Shown: in pieces, positions 37,727 through 47,234 of the stretch
How positions within the stretch are numbered: the stretch's first letter is position 1
How the letters are laid out: each line of letters opens with the position of its first letter
From: Candidatus Babeliales bacterium
Lineage (GTDB): Bacteria; Babelota; Babeliae; Babelales; JABCYS01
DNA: 47,234 bases
Direction: 5' to 3'
Assembly: GCA_016929235.1 (NCBI GenBank)
Contig: JAFGJD010000010.1
Span: 1-47,234 of the forward strand
Notes under the pieces: model-generated
Told to the model about the DNA's origin: nothing
What the model saw: the letters and a program-made list of their open reading frames with translations, nothing else
Database searches by the model: none
Position numbers and translations under genes: made by a program

Positions 37727-39190
37727 TCAATCCTTAAACGATGGAGGATGCATAGTGTGCCAGCTCGTATGCTGTTGATACGCATGCGCCGTTTGAAACA
37801 AGAGTTCTTCAGAAAGATGTGGACCCATAAGCTGGAATCCGACAGGGAGTTGCTCTTTGGTAAAACCACATGGCAGTGAAATGGCAGGAGCCCCCGTTAA
37901 GTTAGCAGAACAAGTAAAATAGTCTTGTAAATCCATTTGTAACGGATCCGCATTAAGCTCACCAAGTTTGAATGCAGGTGCAGCATGTACAGGAAGCACA
38001 ATAAGATCAACATCTTGGAACGCATTGATCAATTCATAGCGCATCATGTTTTGTACTTTTTTCGCACTATCATAAAACTCGGCTGCATGTCCTGCCGACA
38101 ATACATAATTACCAATCAAAATTCTACGACGAACTTCATGCCCGAATTCCTCATAACGACTACTTGTATACATCTCATCAAGTGACTGCGCTGCCGCATC
38201 CCTATAGCCATACCGAACACCATCATAACGGGCTAAATTCGAAGCCGCTTCTGCGCGGCTCACGATGAAATAAACCGCTGCTGCATACTCAAATGTTGGT
38301 AAATTCACATGCTTAATCGTTGCGCCAAGCTTTTCATACACCTTGATGGAATCGGAAATCCGCTCTTTGACTTGAGCATCCATACCTTCCGCATTAAGCA
38401 TGTTATCGATTACGCCAATACGCAATCCAGGCTTGATCGAACCATTCAATGTATTTGTATAATCTTTTTTACTTACATCTAATGATGTCGAATCATGAAG
38501 ATCATGTCCCGCAATTGCAGATACCACAGTAGCAACATCAAAAACAGAACGCGCCATTACACCAATCTGATCAACTGATGATGCATAAGCAATTAACCCA
38601 TACCTAGATATAAGGCCATACGTCGGCTTAAATCCGACAATACCGCAAAATGCTGCCGGTTGTCTCACAGATCCACCAGTTTCAGATCCAAGTGCCCACG
38701 GCACAAATCCCGCTGCAACAGCAGCGGCTGATCCACCACTCGAACCACCGGGCACTCGACTTATATCCCACGGATTCGCTGTTTTTTGAAATGCAGATGT
38801 TTCATTAGATGAGCCCATGGCAAACTCGTCACAGTTAGCACGTCCCACCAATAATGCACCCTCTTTTTTAAGGCGACTGATTACGGTTGCGTCATAGACA
38901 GAGGTATAATTTTGAAGTGTTTTTGAAGCCGCAGATGCAATACGACCTTTTTGACAGATATTATCTTTAATCAGCCCAGGAATCCCTTTCAATTGACCAA
39001 GAGTCTCGCTGCAAGCTTCCGCCAAAATAGAGTCACGATCAAACAGTTCTAAGGCTGATTTAAGCTCTGAATCATGTTTTGCAAATCGCTTGAGGGTATA
39101 GTCAAGCAATTCTTGCTCCGATAGCTGTTTTGTGTCTAATTTTTTTCGCAGTTCCTGAATAGATAAAAATGCCAACATCGCTTTAGTCAT
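37727..39190 (-). CDS. gatA: Asp/Glu-tRNA amidotransferase subunit A
   Basis: [58 protein letters not shown]. Confidence 0.97.
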   Translation of the reverse strand: MTKAMLAFLSIQELRKKLDTKQLSEQELLDYTLKRFAKHDSELKSALELFDRDSILAEACSETLGQLKGIPGLIKDNICQKGRIASAASKTLQNYTSVYDATVISRLKKEGALLVGRANCDEFAMGSSNETSAFQKTANPWDISRVPGGSSGGSAAAVAAGFVPWALGSETGGSVRQPAAFCGIVGFKPTYGLISRYGLIAYASSVDQIGVMARSVFDVATVVSAIAGHDLHDSTSLDVSKKDYTNTLNGSIKPGLRIGVIDNMLNAEGMDAQVKERISDSIKVYEKLGATIKHVNLPTFEYAAAVYFIVSRAEAASNLARYDGVRYGYRDAAAQSLDEMYTSSRYEEFGHEVRRRILIGNYVLSAGHAAEFYDSAKKVQNMMRYELINAFQDVDLIVLPVHAAPAFKLGELNADPLQMDLQDYFTCSANLTGAPAISLPCGFTKEQLPVGFQLMGPHLSEELLFQTAHAYQQHTSWHTMHPPSFKD

Positions 39191-39470
39191 TCGTTTCGAT
39201 AATACGTGGTACTACAAAGTAATCTTCTTCACGGTCTGGAGCCTGTTCTAAAATCGGTTCCGCATCCGTGCGGATGACTACATCCTCACGTGTCACATTG
39301 ATACGTCGGTTTGAAGGAAGATGCGCATCTTTTGCAATTTCAGAAACGCGCGATGCATATGCTATTACATCTTCGATTTTTGATATTAAGTCTTCAACCT
39401 CATCGTCATGAACTTTGATATGTGACATGTGTGCAAGCCGCATAAGTTCTTGCTTCGTTATTTTTGCCAT
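39183..39470 (-). CDS. gatC: Asp/Glu-tRNA amidotransferase subunit C
   Basis: ITKQELMRLA, NVTRED, QAPDREEDYFVVPRII; directly upstream of gatA. Confidence 0.9.
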   Translation of the reverse strand: MAKITKQELMRLAHMSHIKVHDDEVEDLISKIEDVIAYASRVSEIAKDAHLPSNRRINVTREDVVIRTDAEPILEQAPDREEDYFVVPRIIETND

Positions 39471-40966
39471 ACAGCTTCTTTCTTCCAAGCTTCTCCACGG
39501 AATCGTCGTATATATACAATGCTCATCAGCGCATTACCCAAATAAAACGACCCGTATACAAGGAAGAACTTAAGAGCCGGTCTATCATCAAGAGGCAATT
39601 GCGTAAAGAGATATGAAACCGGAGCAAAGTATAAAACACAGACAAATAATCGTGTCCACATTACCACCCGTACATTGGCAGCCCCACGCAATGCGCCTGA
39701 GAGAATTAATTGTAACAGGTCAAAAAAGACAAGTACACTCAAATAAGGAAAGACTCGAGCTGAAAAGGCAGTAAACTCACCTTTTCTGTCAAAAAGCGGC
39801 ACCAACTTATCTGTGTAAATGGAAAACAATGCCAAGATGGCAAAGGTCATCCCAGATGATAGAAAGAGAATTTTTTTGATACTACTTTTGATACCACGCC
39901 AATCCTGCATACCATAGGAGTTGCTGACTAAGAAGGTAATCACCTGAGCGAAGGCAATAGCAGGAAGAAAAGCAAACCGCTCAAGGTCTTTAATCACACT
40001 AAAACTAGCAAGCGCAAGCGTACCCATTTTGGCAACCATAGCACCCAACCAAATATAGGCAGCAGCAACCGTAGCTTTATCCAAGATAGTTGGCCAACTC
40101 ACCATGAAGAGCCGTTTAACATCTTCCCACCGTGTAAATGAATCAAACAACCTGATCCCGTATTTCTTGTTCTCTTTATTCAAAAAGGTATATCCCAATG
40201 CCATGATGCTCATTGCAACGTATTGAGCAACAGATGCAATAGCGGAACCCTTAAGACCCAGCGCAGGAAAGCCAAACTTTCCCTTAATTAATACATAATC
40301 AAACAAGACAAAAAATGCTCCTCCACCAGTAAAGATCCACATTGGAACACGAGTATTTTTTATACCTCTAAGGAAACCGATGAACGCCAAGGAAACAAAC
40401 ATAAAAAAGATCCCCCATGCACGTAAACGCAGGTATGGAGTTCCAATCTCAATCATACGCTGTGGCACACCATATGCAGTGTAAATGGCATGGGCACCAA
40501 ATGATAATGCTGCAGCAAATATTCCGCCAACAAGAATTGTCGTCCAAAATGAATCACGTAAAGTTCGACCAACATCAGTCAAACAAGACCGGCCATTGTA
40601 CTGGCCTGTAATAATCACGGTTCCAATCGATAAGCCTTCTGCAACTTTAGACATAAAATGGAAAAAGTTATTAGTAACGTTCAACGTGGTATAGGTCGAG
40701 GTCGATTTCAAATCTGCAATCCAATAGGAATCGATAATTGCGAATGCATAAAAAATGAGGGCAGATATCAACTCAGGAGCCCAGTATTTGAAGATAGTCC
40801 AATAGGTTTCACCATAAGCGAAATCCTGCAGCCCTGCAATAAAACTAGGGATCAATTTTTTTTGGGGTTCTCGCTGTGTAAATGGCGGCTGGTGCTGAGG
40901 CGGCATTTGAATAGGTTGTCCAGTTTCCACCCGCTGCTTTGCCGTTCGGTTCACTTTTTCGATCAC
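39458..40966 (-). CDS. MATE family efflux transporter
   Basis: About 12 hydrophobic segments; GFLRGIKNTRVPM, GKFGFPALGLKGSAIAS, SGALRGA. Confidence 0.9.
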   Translation of the reverse strand: MIEKVNRTAKQRVETGQPIQMPPQHQPPFTQREPQKKLIPSFIAGLQDFAYGETYWTIFKYWAPELISALIFYAFAIIDSYWIADLKSTSTYTTLNVTNNFFHFMSKVAEGLSIGTVIITGQYNGRSCLTDVGRTLRDSFWTTILVGGIFAAALSFGAHAIYTAYGVPQRMIEIGTPYLRLRAWGIFFMFVSLAFIGFLRGIKNTRVPMWIFTGGGAFFVLFDYVLIKGKFGFPALGLKGSAIASVAQYVAMSIMALGYTFLNKENKKYGIRLFDSFTRWEDVKRLFMVSWPTILDKATVAAAYIWLGAMVAKMGTLALASFSVIKDLERFAFLPAIAFAQVITFLVSNSYGMQDWRGIKSSIKKILFLSSGMTFAILALFSIYTDKLVPLFDRKGEFTAFSARVFPYLSVLVFFDLLQLILSGALRGAANVRVVMWTRLFVCVLYFAPVSYLFTQLPLDDRPALKFFLVYGSFYLGNALMSIVYIRRFRGEAWKKEAVWQK

Positions 40967-41047
40967 TGCCAGCCCTTCCTTTTGGCAAGGTTATCATGAC
41001 GGACCGACTAGTTGTAGAAAAAAAGAGGGAAAAAAGCAACTAGAGCT

Positions 41048-41677
41048 CTACGGGCACTGAAGCACAATTAAACGTCGTTTTTTGTGTTCTAAGGTGTACA
41101 AATAATCGCCAGTTATACACGGCGCAACCATCTCTGTCGGTTCCCATGCTTGTGATGCCCAATACACAAGTTGTGCATTCTTATAACGACATCCCGGCTT
41201 AAACATTCTCACTAATTCATCAAACCCAAGTGATGCCCGTGCACATAGAAGATCAAGATCATATGAACTTGTACGTAAGAATGTTCGCCAATCAAGCGAG
41301 AAGATCTCAATATTCTGAAGCCCAAGGGTCGCGATGACTTCTTCGAGAAATGTAATCTTTTTTTTAGTGACTTCAACAAGCACTACGGACAGGTGGGGAT
41401 ACTTAATCTTAAGTGGAATGCCGGGAAACCCACCACCACTCCCAATGTCAGCCAATGATGAGATGGAACTAATATCAAAAACATATTTAAGTGCCAATGA
41501 ATCTTGAAAATGGTCTCTGAGGATCTGTTTCAGTGTTGTCCTAGTCGTAAGGTTATGGATTTCATTCCAGGATTGTAGAAGATCATAGTACATTCTGAAT
41601 TGCTGTGTCTGTTCAAGAGTAAGTTGCTCCTGTGTCATAAAATCCTGCCACAGTTGCTCTTCCTTCGTTAAAACCAT
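41048..41677 (-). CDS. rsmG: 16S rRNA (guanine527-N7)-methyltransferase
   Basis: WNEIHNLT, HFQDSL, DIGSGGGFPGIPL, KKITFL, ARA. Confidence 0.92.
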   Translation of the reverse strand: MVLTKEEQLWQDFMTQEQLTLEQTQQFRMYYDLLQSWNEIHNLTTRTTLKQILRDHFQDSLALKYVFDISSISSLADIGSGGGFPGIPLKIKYPHLSVVLVEVTKKKITFLEEVIATLGLQNIEIFSLDWRTFLRTSSYDLDLLCARASLGFDELVRMFKPGCRYKNAQLVYWASQAWEPTEMVAPCITGDYLYTLEHKKRRLIVLQCP

Positions 41678-41745
41678 AGCTTTTTCTTCTCCAGCTTTTC
41701 TATACTAATAAAAAGATTATGCCCCTTTAACCTGGCAAGGCATAC

Positions 41746-42459
41746 ATGAACAACATGATCCGTAGTGTAGCATGTAACATCTGTATTCTCTTGGGTATGA
41801 CCATACACGCTCAACAACGTATCATCTTTTTTACTCGTGCCTATCCGGCTCTTAGGGATACAATTGATAGCGAAAAATTTCTTCAACAGATCCAAGATCC
41901 TGGAAAAGCTGCTCGTAAAATACTCAAGCAGAGTATCAAAGCATACGCACAACCAGGAGTCTTTTCTACCTACGGTGGCTATATCACTATATCAAACACG
42001 AATGGGCAAACAAGTTTTCCGCGAAAGCATCAACGCCCGTTTATTTATGTATATGTTACACAGGATATTAACCCAGTTATCATGATTGGGAAAACCGTGC
42101 ATCATTGGGAATTGATTCCGAATTTGCCCGTGGAAGTCTATACCATTGAATTGAAACAGGATCCTGACACACAGCTTTATTATTGGGAAACAGCACGTAC
42201 TACAGTTCCTAATGATGATATTGTACCGTTAGATTCTATTGTGATTATTGCAAAACCAAAAAACATTTACGTTCCACTTGGTGCAACCCTAACTGAATCA
42301 TCGTCTCATATGCTTTTGCCTGATATCTATATACGCAAAGGGTTCAGTCCGCTCATCAACTCATTAAATGTACTCAAAACAAAACACTTTTTCCGTCAAC
42401 CAAAAATTGAGTTCAAACAAGCAAACTCCACCTATTGGATGATTCAACAAGGCGATTGA
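41746..42459 (+). CDS. Hypothetical exported protein (beta-rich)
   Basis: 237-aa ORF; signal-like ICILLGMTIHA. Confidence 0.6.
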   Translation: MNNMIRSVACNICILLGMTIHAQQRIIFFTRAYPALRDTIDSEKFLQQIQDPGKAARKILKQSIKAYAQPGVFSTYGGYITISNTNGQTSFPRKHQRPFIYVYVTQDINPVIMIGKTVHHWELIPNLPVEVYTIELKQDPDTQLYYWETARTTVPNDDIVPLDSIVIIAKPKNIYVPLGATLTESSSHMLLPDIYIRKGFSPLINSLNVLKTKHFFRQPKIEFKQANSTYWMIQQGD

Positions 42460-42554
42460 ACCTAACCATATAACCCCATTATTTTCATCTTTACAAAACT
42501 CAGTGCAGTGACATACTTGCTGTCATCATAACACTGCTCCTCATTCCTAAAACA

Positions 42555-42589
42555 ACAGATTGCGCGTCCATTACGGGTGCGCTTTCTGT
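42555..42589. terminator. Hairpin between convergent genes, likely terminator
   Basis: ACAGA-tt-GCGCGTCC-attac-GGGTGCGC-tt-TCTGT with A/T-rich flanks. Confidence 0.55.
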
Positions 42590-42591
42590 AT

Positions 42592-45500
42592 TTATGTCAT
42601 CAGGACCGCCCCACCAGAAAGTTGAGTCATGCGGGCACTAATGCGACTATTAACTTCCACTAATTGTTGATCAAGCGACAAGCCAGCAAGATATGCATTC
42701 GCATAGGTCTGTGTTAATGAGAAGTACATCTTCCATGACCATAAGCTCAATAACGAATATCGAATTGCTGAGTCACTGTTACCTACAAACGTTTCGTATC
42801 CTGCATCAACGAGCGACTGAAATTCTTCATTATCATCAAGCTCCGTCAATTCGATCCCATTGGTTCCTGTCACATATGATCTAAAGGCGGCAAATGCGGC
42901 TCCATCTTCAGTAGGCGGATCCAAGAGATCATCACCTTGCTGAATCAAAGCGGAATATTGTGTGGAATCGCCAACAAGACCCTCGAACATGCTCTTCGTG
43001 TAAAGGAAATACATCAACGCATCAAGAAGCGATACTTCAATCTCACTATACTTAGTCATCTGTTCTTGCGACATGGAAGCAGTACCTGTCATATAGTTGT
43101 TGTATAACTCAACTAACTGAACATAGGTTTTACCATCAATAACATCTGAGGCTTGTTTTGCGGCAATAAACGCAAGCATATTACGTGAAGCAACTTTGAA
43201 ATATGAACCGTACAATAACTGCGTCACACTTGTCATTTCAAGAGTCAAATCTCTACCGGCAAGGCTTCTGATGCCATTATCAATGAATGTTTGATAAATA
43301 TTTTGAGCTCCACCGTAGTACTGTCCTGCATATTCGTAAAACGCAGAAGTCGCCATACATGTATCACCACTTGTTTTGAAAACCTGTGCAATACTATCAA
43401 GTACAGCATTAGAATCCGATATGCTCCATGCATTGGATATACCTTGCCCGCTGTAATATTCAACGTAGTGTTGTCGTGCACTCATATAATCTTGGAACAC
43501 TTCATCGACAGCTGCAGAAAATAATTGTGTATCAGGAGTTCCAACAATAAATGATTTCATAGTTTCTGCCGCACCCGACCACATCTGCGCCATGATCATA
43601 TTCATATACAGCGCATCAGCCGCAAATAGACTTGTTCCAATAAAGTCTCCCTGCTGATGATCTTTTCCATTGAGAAATTCATACGCGCCAACATAGAACG
43701 TATACATATCAATGTATGCTGATCGAATCATATCAAAAAGTTCATATGTTCTATCATTGGCAAGTTGCAAGTTGGGCAAAGTCGTCTGTACATTTCCTGC
43801 TTCTGAAATGAGTGCAAACGCAATATCTTTGCCAACGTTCCATGCCATAGTATCATCTTGCCCAGGAACATAATTTCTTCCATTAAATGACACTAATTGT
43901 GTGCCAACTCTAAACAATTGGAGCGCCGCGACATAGTAACTTGCCGCACATATGGCACCGTTGTACGCAGGCTTAGCAGCAGAAATCATTTTATTCTGCT
44001 CGCGGATGGTTGGCTGTGCACCTTGTTGATCAAACCGCACTTGATATTCAGCAAATCCTCGGACCTCATCATAATAAGCCCGCGCCTCTTGTTCGATCAT
44101 ATCAACAATCGTTTCTTTGTCTGTATCGAGAGTATTGGTTCTTGTTGTTGAATCTGGGGTATAAGCATCTTCATACTCAATACCCTTATCAGCAAGTCGA
44201 TATGCTATTTCAGTGTACAATGCACAGGTTGCTGGATCACCATATGTTGGAACGCCTAAAGGAATAGATCGCACTTGATCACGAATAAAATACGTACGCG
44301 GCACATCAAATCTATTTGCAACATTCTTGGTGCCTTCAGTGTAGATCAGACCATATATCTGTGCCGCGGTCGCTAACGTTTCAGCCTTAAAATAGGCGCG
44401 CCGCAACGTTGTATCATTTGCTTTGTCATCTCGTCCTAACTGATGGTAGCCAACGCGAGCCGTAGCAAGATATGTAAACGCATCTTGATACTCTTTTTGT
44501 TCGAGCTTATAGATTCCCCATGCCTGATAAATATCGTATTGTTTCAGTTGTGCATCGGCAATTTCCTCATTTGTTTTGCCTAAAACAAGTTCATTGGTTT
44601 GTGGATACCGCTGCGTATAGTACACAATCAGGTGCTTCTGCCGATCAAGAGCTTCTTCATAGTTTTCCTGTGCAACAAGTTGATCAATAATCGATGTACT
44701 GAGATTGCTCGTAATGTATGTATTAATTTCATTGATTAGCTGTGCAATGACCGTCTCAAGATCTTGGGCCATAGCTGTATTGTTTTGCCGCTGATATACC
44801 TGTTTTAATTGGCTATACATAAGCACTGCACCAAGAAGAGGATAGTATTCTTGCGGTACATGTTGCTGATATGCATCAGCGTACTCGTGCAAAACATCAA
44901 GAACTTCGGTTTGTGCATCTTCATTTCCAGATTCAAGCGCCACTTGATACAAGTTCAGCGCTCTCTGCCATGCACTATTAGCAATGCTCTCATAGGTAGC
45001 ATCTGATGATTGAGACATCCAGTTTGTTTGTACTGCAGAAAGGTCTACCGCTGCTGCTTTTGCTTGGCGCGCAGCGTTCATAGTATCCACCATAGATTGA
45101 AGTACTGCTAGCTCTGCATCCATATCAACACCGTGTGAAGCAATAGATGAGTAATAATGAAGAGCAACCAGGATTTTATCAGATTCTCCCGACTCAATTA
45201 ATGGCTGGCATGTGTTACGATAGACATCAGCTATGTACTCATTCAATGCCCATTGGTATGTGATGGCAACATCGTTCATGAGGTAACCAGGATATAATGT
45301 CATATCACGAAGCAATTCAGGATCGGTCAGCACTAAATGATCGGCATTAGCACAGATCTGTCGTGCTTGCGTATACAACCGTTCTGCTTGTTGCAAACCG
45401 ACATCACTCGCTTGCGTTGCAAATGTGTCAGCTTGCTGTAATAGACCGTTTACTTTTGTAATGGTCGTAATCAGTTCGTGTGCATCAAATATGGCTTTTA

Positions 45501-47139
45501 GATTTACTTGTCCTGCAGGAATCGCTGCAACATCTTGAGTCACCGATAAGCCTGCTTTTACATAAAACTCTAATGAATTTTGGAATTGTAATGCTGCCTC
45601 TGAAAAAAGCATTCCGTCATCTACTAAGACAATACCACACTGCATTGCAAGTGCTGTGCTTTGTTCTTCACCTTGAGCAGCGTCTTCTGACTGCTGTTTG
45701 TATTCTGCAAGCTTAACCCTCCCTGTATCAACACCAACATCACCCTGTAGCATATTGAGCTGCACGGAAACAATTTCTGCATCGAAACTATCACCTGCTT
45801 TTTGAAATTTTTCATACGCATTGTTAAATAAAAGCACGGCCTGTTGTTTTTCAGTTAATGCTTCAGATGCTCCTTTTTGTTCTGCTTCGCTTTTTTTATC
45901 CCACGCAATATCATAGGAACTTTTTTGAATACCAGCATTTTCTGCACTGGTTTGCATTTGGAATTTCATGCTCATGTCGTTTGCTTGTTCATAACGAGAT
46001 TGAGCATTCGTAAATAATTCTTGTGAACGAATGAATAGCTCATCCATCTCACCTCTCGTTGATGACTGAAACTGATCGGGAATCATGTCCGAAACCTGTT
46101 GCCCTCGGGTTCCATATATGTGTCCCATCACAGAATTATATGATGACTTTGCCTGAGTTGCCGTTTGGAATCCTGTAACAATTAAATCTGGTTGCCATGA
46201 GTCATCACAATATTGGACATATGACTTTGCTCGCTCAAGAATCTCATCTGTATAACCTGTCGTAGCTTGTGAAATCATATTGAGCAGATTATTAAAAATC
46301 GCAAAGATTACCGTGTTCCGAGGCTTCTTATACAGTGTCAAAATTGTTTGCTGTGCAGATGCATCACCCCCCGCAAGCTCTGAGGCCAACGCATTCATTG
46401 AAGTATCATACCGATCAAGCACATCCATTAGTTCTTGCAAAATTCCGGTATAGTCAGCATTAGTTCGCAATGCCTCAGCAATATCTTTGCCTAGTTTTTC
46501 GAATCGGTTGGCACATAACTTTCCAAGATCCGTAAAGGTTCCAACGGTGTAATTTCCTTCATTATTCCAAACAATAGAAACCCCTGCATTTTGGTACGCC
46601 GAAAAAAAGTTACGCACAGCATCTTGATATTTTGTAACAATCTCATCAGCAGATAGACCTAACGAATGTGTTTCATGAAGAAGTTGGCGAGCACGAGCAA
46701 ATTCCGCGCTTAAAACGAGTTGAAGCAATTGCTCTCTTCGAGCAGTATTGGGCGGAAGAATTGTTCCCCAATGTTGCTGCGGACCGGTTATCTCTCCTTG
46801 TTCTGATGAGGGTCCAGATATTGTTCCTGATTCTTGTTGGGTCGGTCCAGCAACCTCCTGATTTTCACTTTGTGATGGTTCAGAAACTTCGCCCCCTTCT
46901 GGTTGGGATGGACCAGAAACAGTCCCGCCACTTTCAGAGGGGCCACTAATACTTCCTCCAGACTGACTTGGACCAGAAGGTCCTTCCTGTTGCTGGCTTG
47001 GTCCAGATATACTTCCACCACTACTTCCTGGCGCACCAATACTTCCACCAGAATGACTACTAGGCCCAGAAGGTCCAGCGCCAAAAAGTAGTCCAACAAA
47101 TAGGCACATTACTAATGATATTGAATATTTCTGTTTCAT
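42592..47139 (-). CDS. Large (~1515 aa) exported protein with an N-terminal S/G/P/Q repeat tether and a predicted helical solenoid body
   Basis: GGAG RBS, signal peptide MKQKYSISLVMCLFVGLLFG, uninterrupted ORF, many A/Y/Q-rich amphipathic helices. Confidence 0.75.
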   Translation of the reverse strand: MKQKYSISLVMCLFVGLLFGAGPSGPSSHSGGSIGAPGSSGGSISGPSQQQEGPSGPSQSGGSISGPSESGGTVSGPSQPEGGEVSEPSQSENQEVAGPTQQESGTISGPSSEQGEITGPQQHWGTILPPNTARREQLLQLVLSAEFARARQLLHETHSLGLSADEIVTKYQDAVRNFFSAYQNAGVSIVWNNEGNYTVGTFTDLGKLCANRFEKLGKDIAEALRTNADYTGILQELMDVLDRYDTSMNALASELAGGDASAQQTILTLYKKPRNTVIFAIFNNLLNMISQATTGYTDEILERAKSYVQYCDDSWQPDLIVTGFQTATQAKSSYNSVMGHIYGTRGQQVSDMIPDQFQSSTRGEMDELFIRSQELFTNAQSRYEQANDMSMKFQMQTSAENAGIQKSSYDIAWDKKSEAEQKGASEALTEKQQAVLLFNNAYEKFQKAGDSFDAEIVSVQLNMLQGDVGVDTGRVKLAEYKQQSEDAAQGEEQSTALAMQCGIVLVDDGMLFSEAALQFQNSLEFYVKAGLSVTQDVAAIPAGQVNLKAIFDAHELITTITKVNGLLQQADTFATQASDVGLQQAERLYTQARQICANADHLVLTDPELLRDMTLYPGYLMNDVAITYQWALNEYIADVYRNTCQPLIESGESDKILVALHYYSSIASHGVDMDAELAVLQSMVDTMNAARQAKAAAVDLSAVQTNWMSQSSDATYESIANSAWQRALNLYQVALESGNEDAQTEVLDVLHEYADAYQQHVPQEYYPLLGAVLMYSQLKQVYQRQNNTAMAQDLETVIAQLINEINTYITSNLSTSIIDQLVAQENYEEALDRQKHLIVYYTQRYPQTNELVLGKTNEEIADAQLKQYDIYQAWGIYKLEQKEYQDAFTYLATARVGYHQLGRDDKANDTTLRRAYFKAETLATAAQIYGLIYTEGTKNVANRFDVPRTYFIRDQVRSIPLGVPTYGDPATCALYTEIAYRLADKGIEYEDAYTPDSTTRTNTLDTDKETIVDMIEQEARAYYDEVRGFAEYQVRFDQQGAQPTIREQNKMISAAKPAYNGAICAASYYVAALQLFRVGTQLVSFNGRNYVPGQDDTMAWNVGKDIAFALISEAGNVQTTLPNLQLANDRTYELFDMIRSAYIDMYTFYVGAYEFLNGKDHQQGDFIGTSLFAADALYMNMIMAQMWSGAAETMKSFIVGTPDTQLFSAAVDEVFQDYMSARQHYVEYYSGQGISNAWSISDSNAVLDSIAQVFKTSGDTCMATSAFYEYAGQYYGGAQNIYQTFIDNGIRSLAGRDLTLEMTSVTQLLYGSYFKVASRNMLAFIAAKQASDVIDGKTYVQLVELYNNYMTGTASMSQEQMTKYSEIEVSLLDALMYFLYTKSMFEGLVGDSTQYSALIQQGDDLLDPPTEDGAAFAAFRSYVTGTNGIELTELDDNEEFQSLVDAGYETFVGNSDSAIRYSLLSLWSWKMYFSLTQTYANAYLAGLSLDQQLVEVNSRISARMTQLSGGAVLMT
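46750..47076 (-). repeat. About 11 degenerate 9-11 aa coding repeats, consensus G(S/T/E)(I/V)SGPSxx
   Basis: GSISGPSQ, GPSGPSQS, GSISGPSE, GTVSGPSQ, GEVSEPSQ, QEVAGPTQ, GTISGPSS, GEITGPQQ. Confidence 0.85.
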
Positions 47140-47234
47140 AGCTTCACTCTCCAAACACGACAGATAGCCTGAGAACTACTCTAGTAGTGCAGGACCCCAG
47201 AAGGCAATAAAAAATCCAGGGTCCATATATATGA

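Noticed and set aside
199..47099. Numerous short ORFs antisense or out of frame within long genes
   Set aside because: Shadows of well-supported CDSs with no RBS or recognisable motifs

Overview
Bacterial chromosomal window. Its gene content suggests a host-dependent, protist-associated lineage such as Candidatus Dependentiae/Babelota (TM6); this is inference from broken-up operons, many signal-peptide hypotheticals and eukaryote-like domains, not from a marker gene. A housekeeping backbone (rodA, ruvB-yebC-yicC-dnaE, pheS, galU, ppsA, nupC, rpmE-prfA, dps, sppA, rsmG-MATE-gatC-gatA-trxB-like-flaR-like-dus-mreC, and tRNAs Phe, Val, Asn, Asp) is interleaved with accessory genes for predicted exported or membrane proteins. 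The most notable signal is a four-gene minus-strand cluster upstream of tRNA-Phe (10500-13818). It alternates membrane-anchored RING-finger proteins (one MDM2-like C2H2C4) with catalytically dead M48/HtpX-like pseudopeptidases, i.e. a [RING + pseudoprotease] module occurring twice. A third, canonical C3HC4 RING gene lies between rodA and ruvB. The only M48 paralog retaining HExxH is split by a frameshift at an A8 tract and is translationally coupled to another dead paralog. A second accessory stretch encodes a class 3 lipase, a Fic protein and a membrane MutS-like ATPase, and a 1515-aa exported repeat protein closes the window. No CRISPR array, transposase, integrase or rRNA was found. All calls are by-eye motif recognition without database searches.
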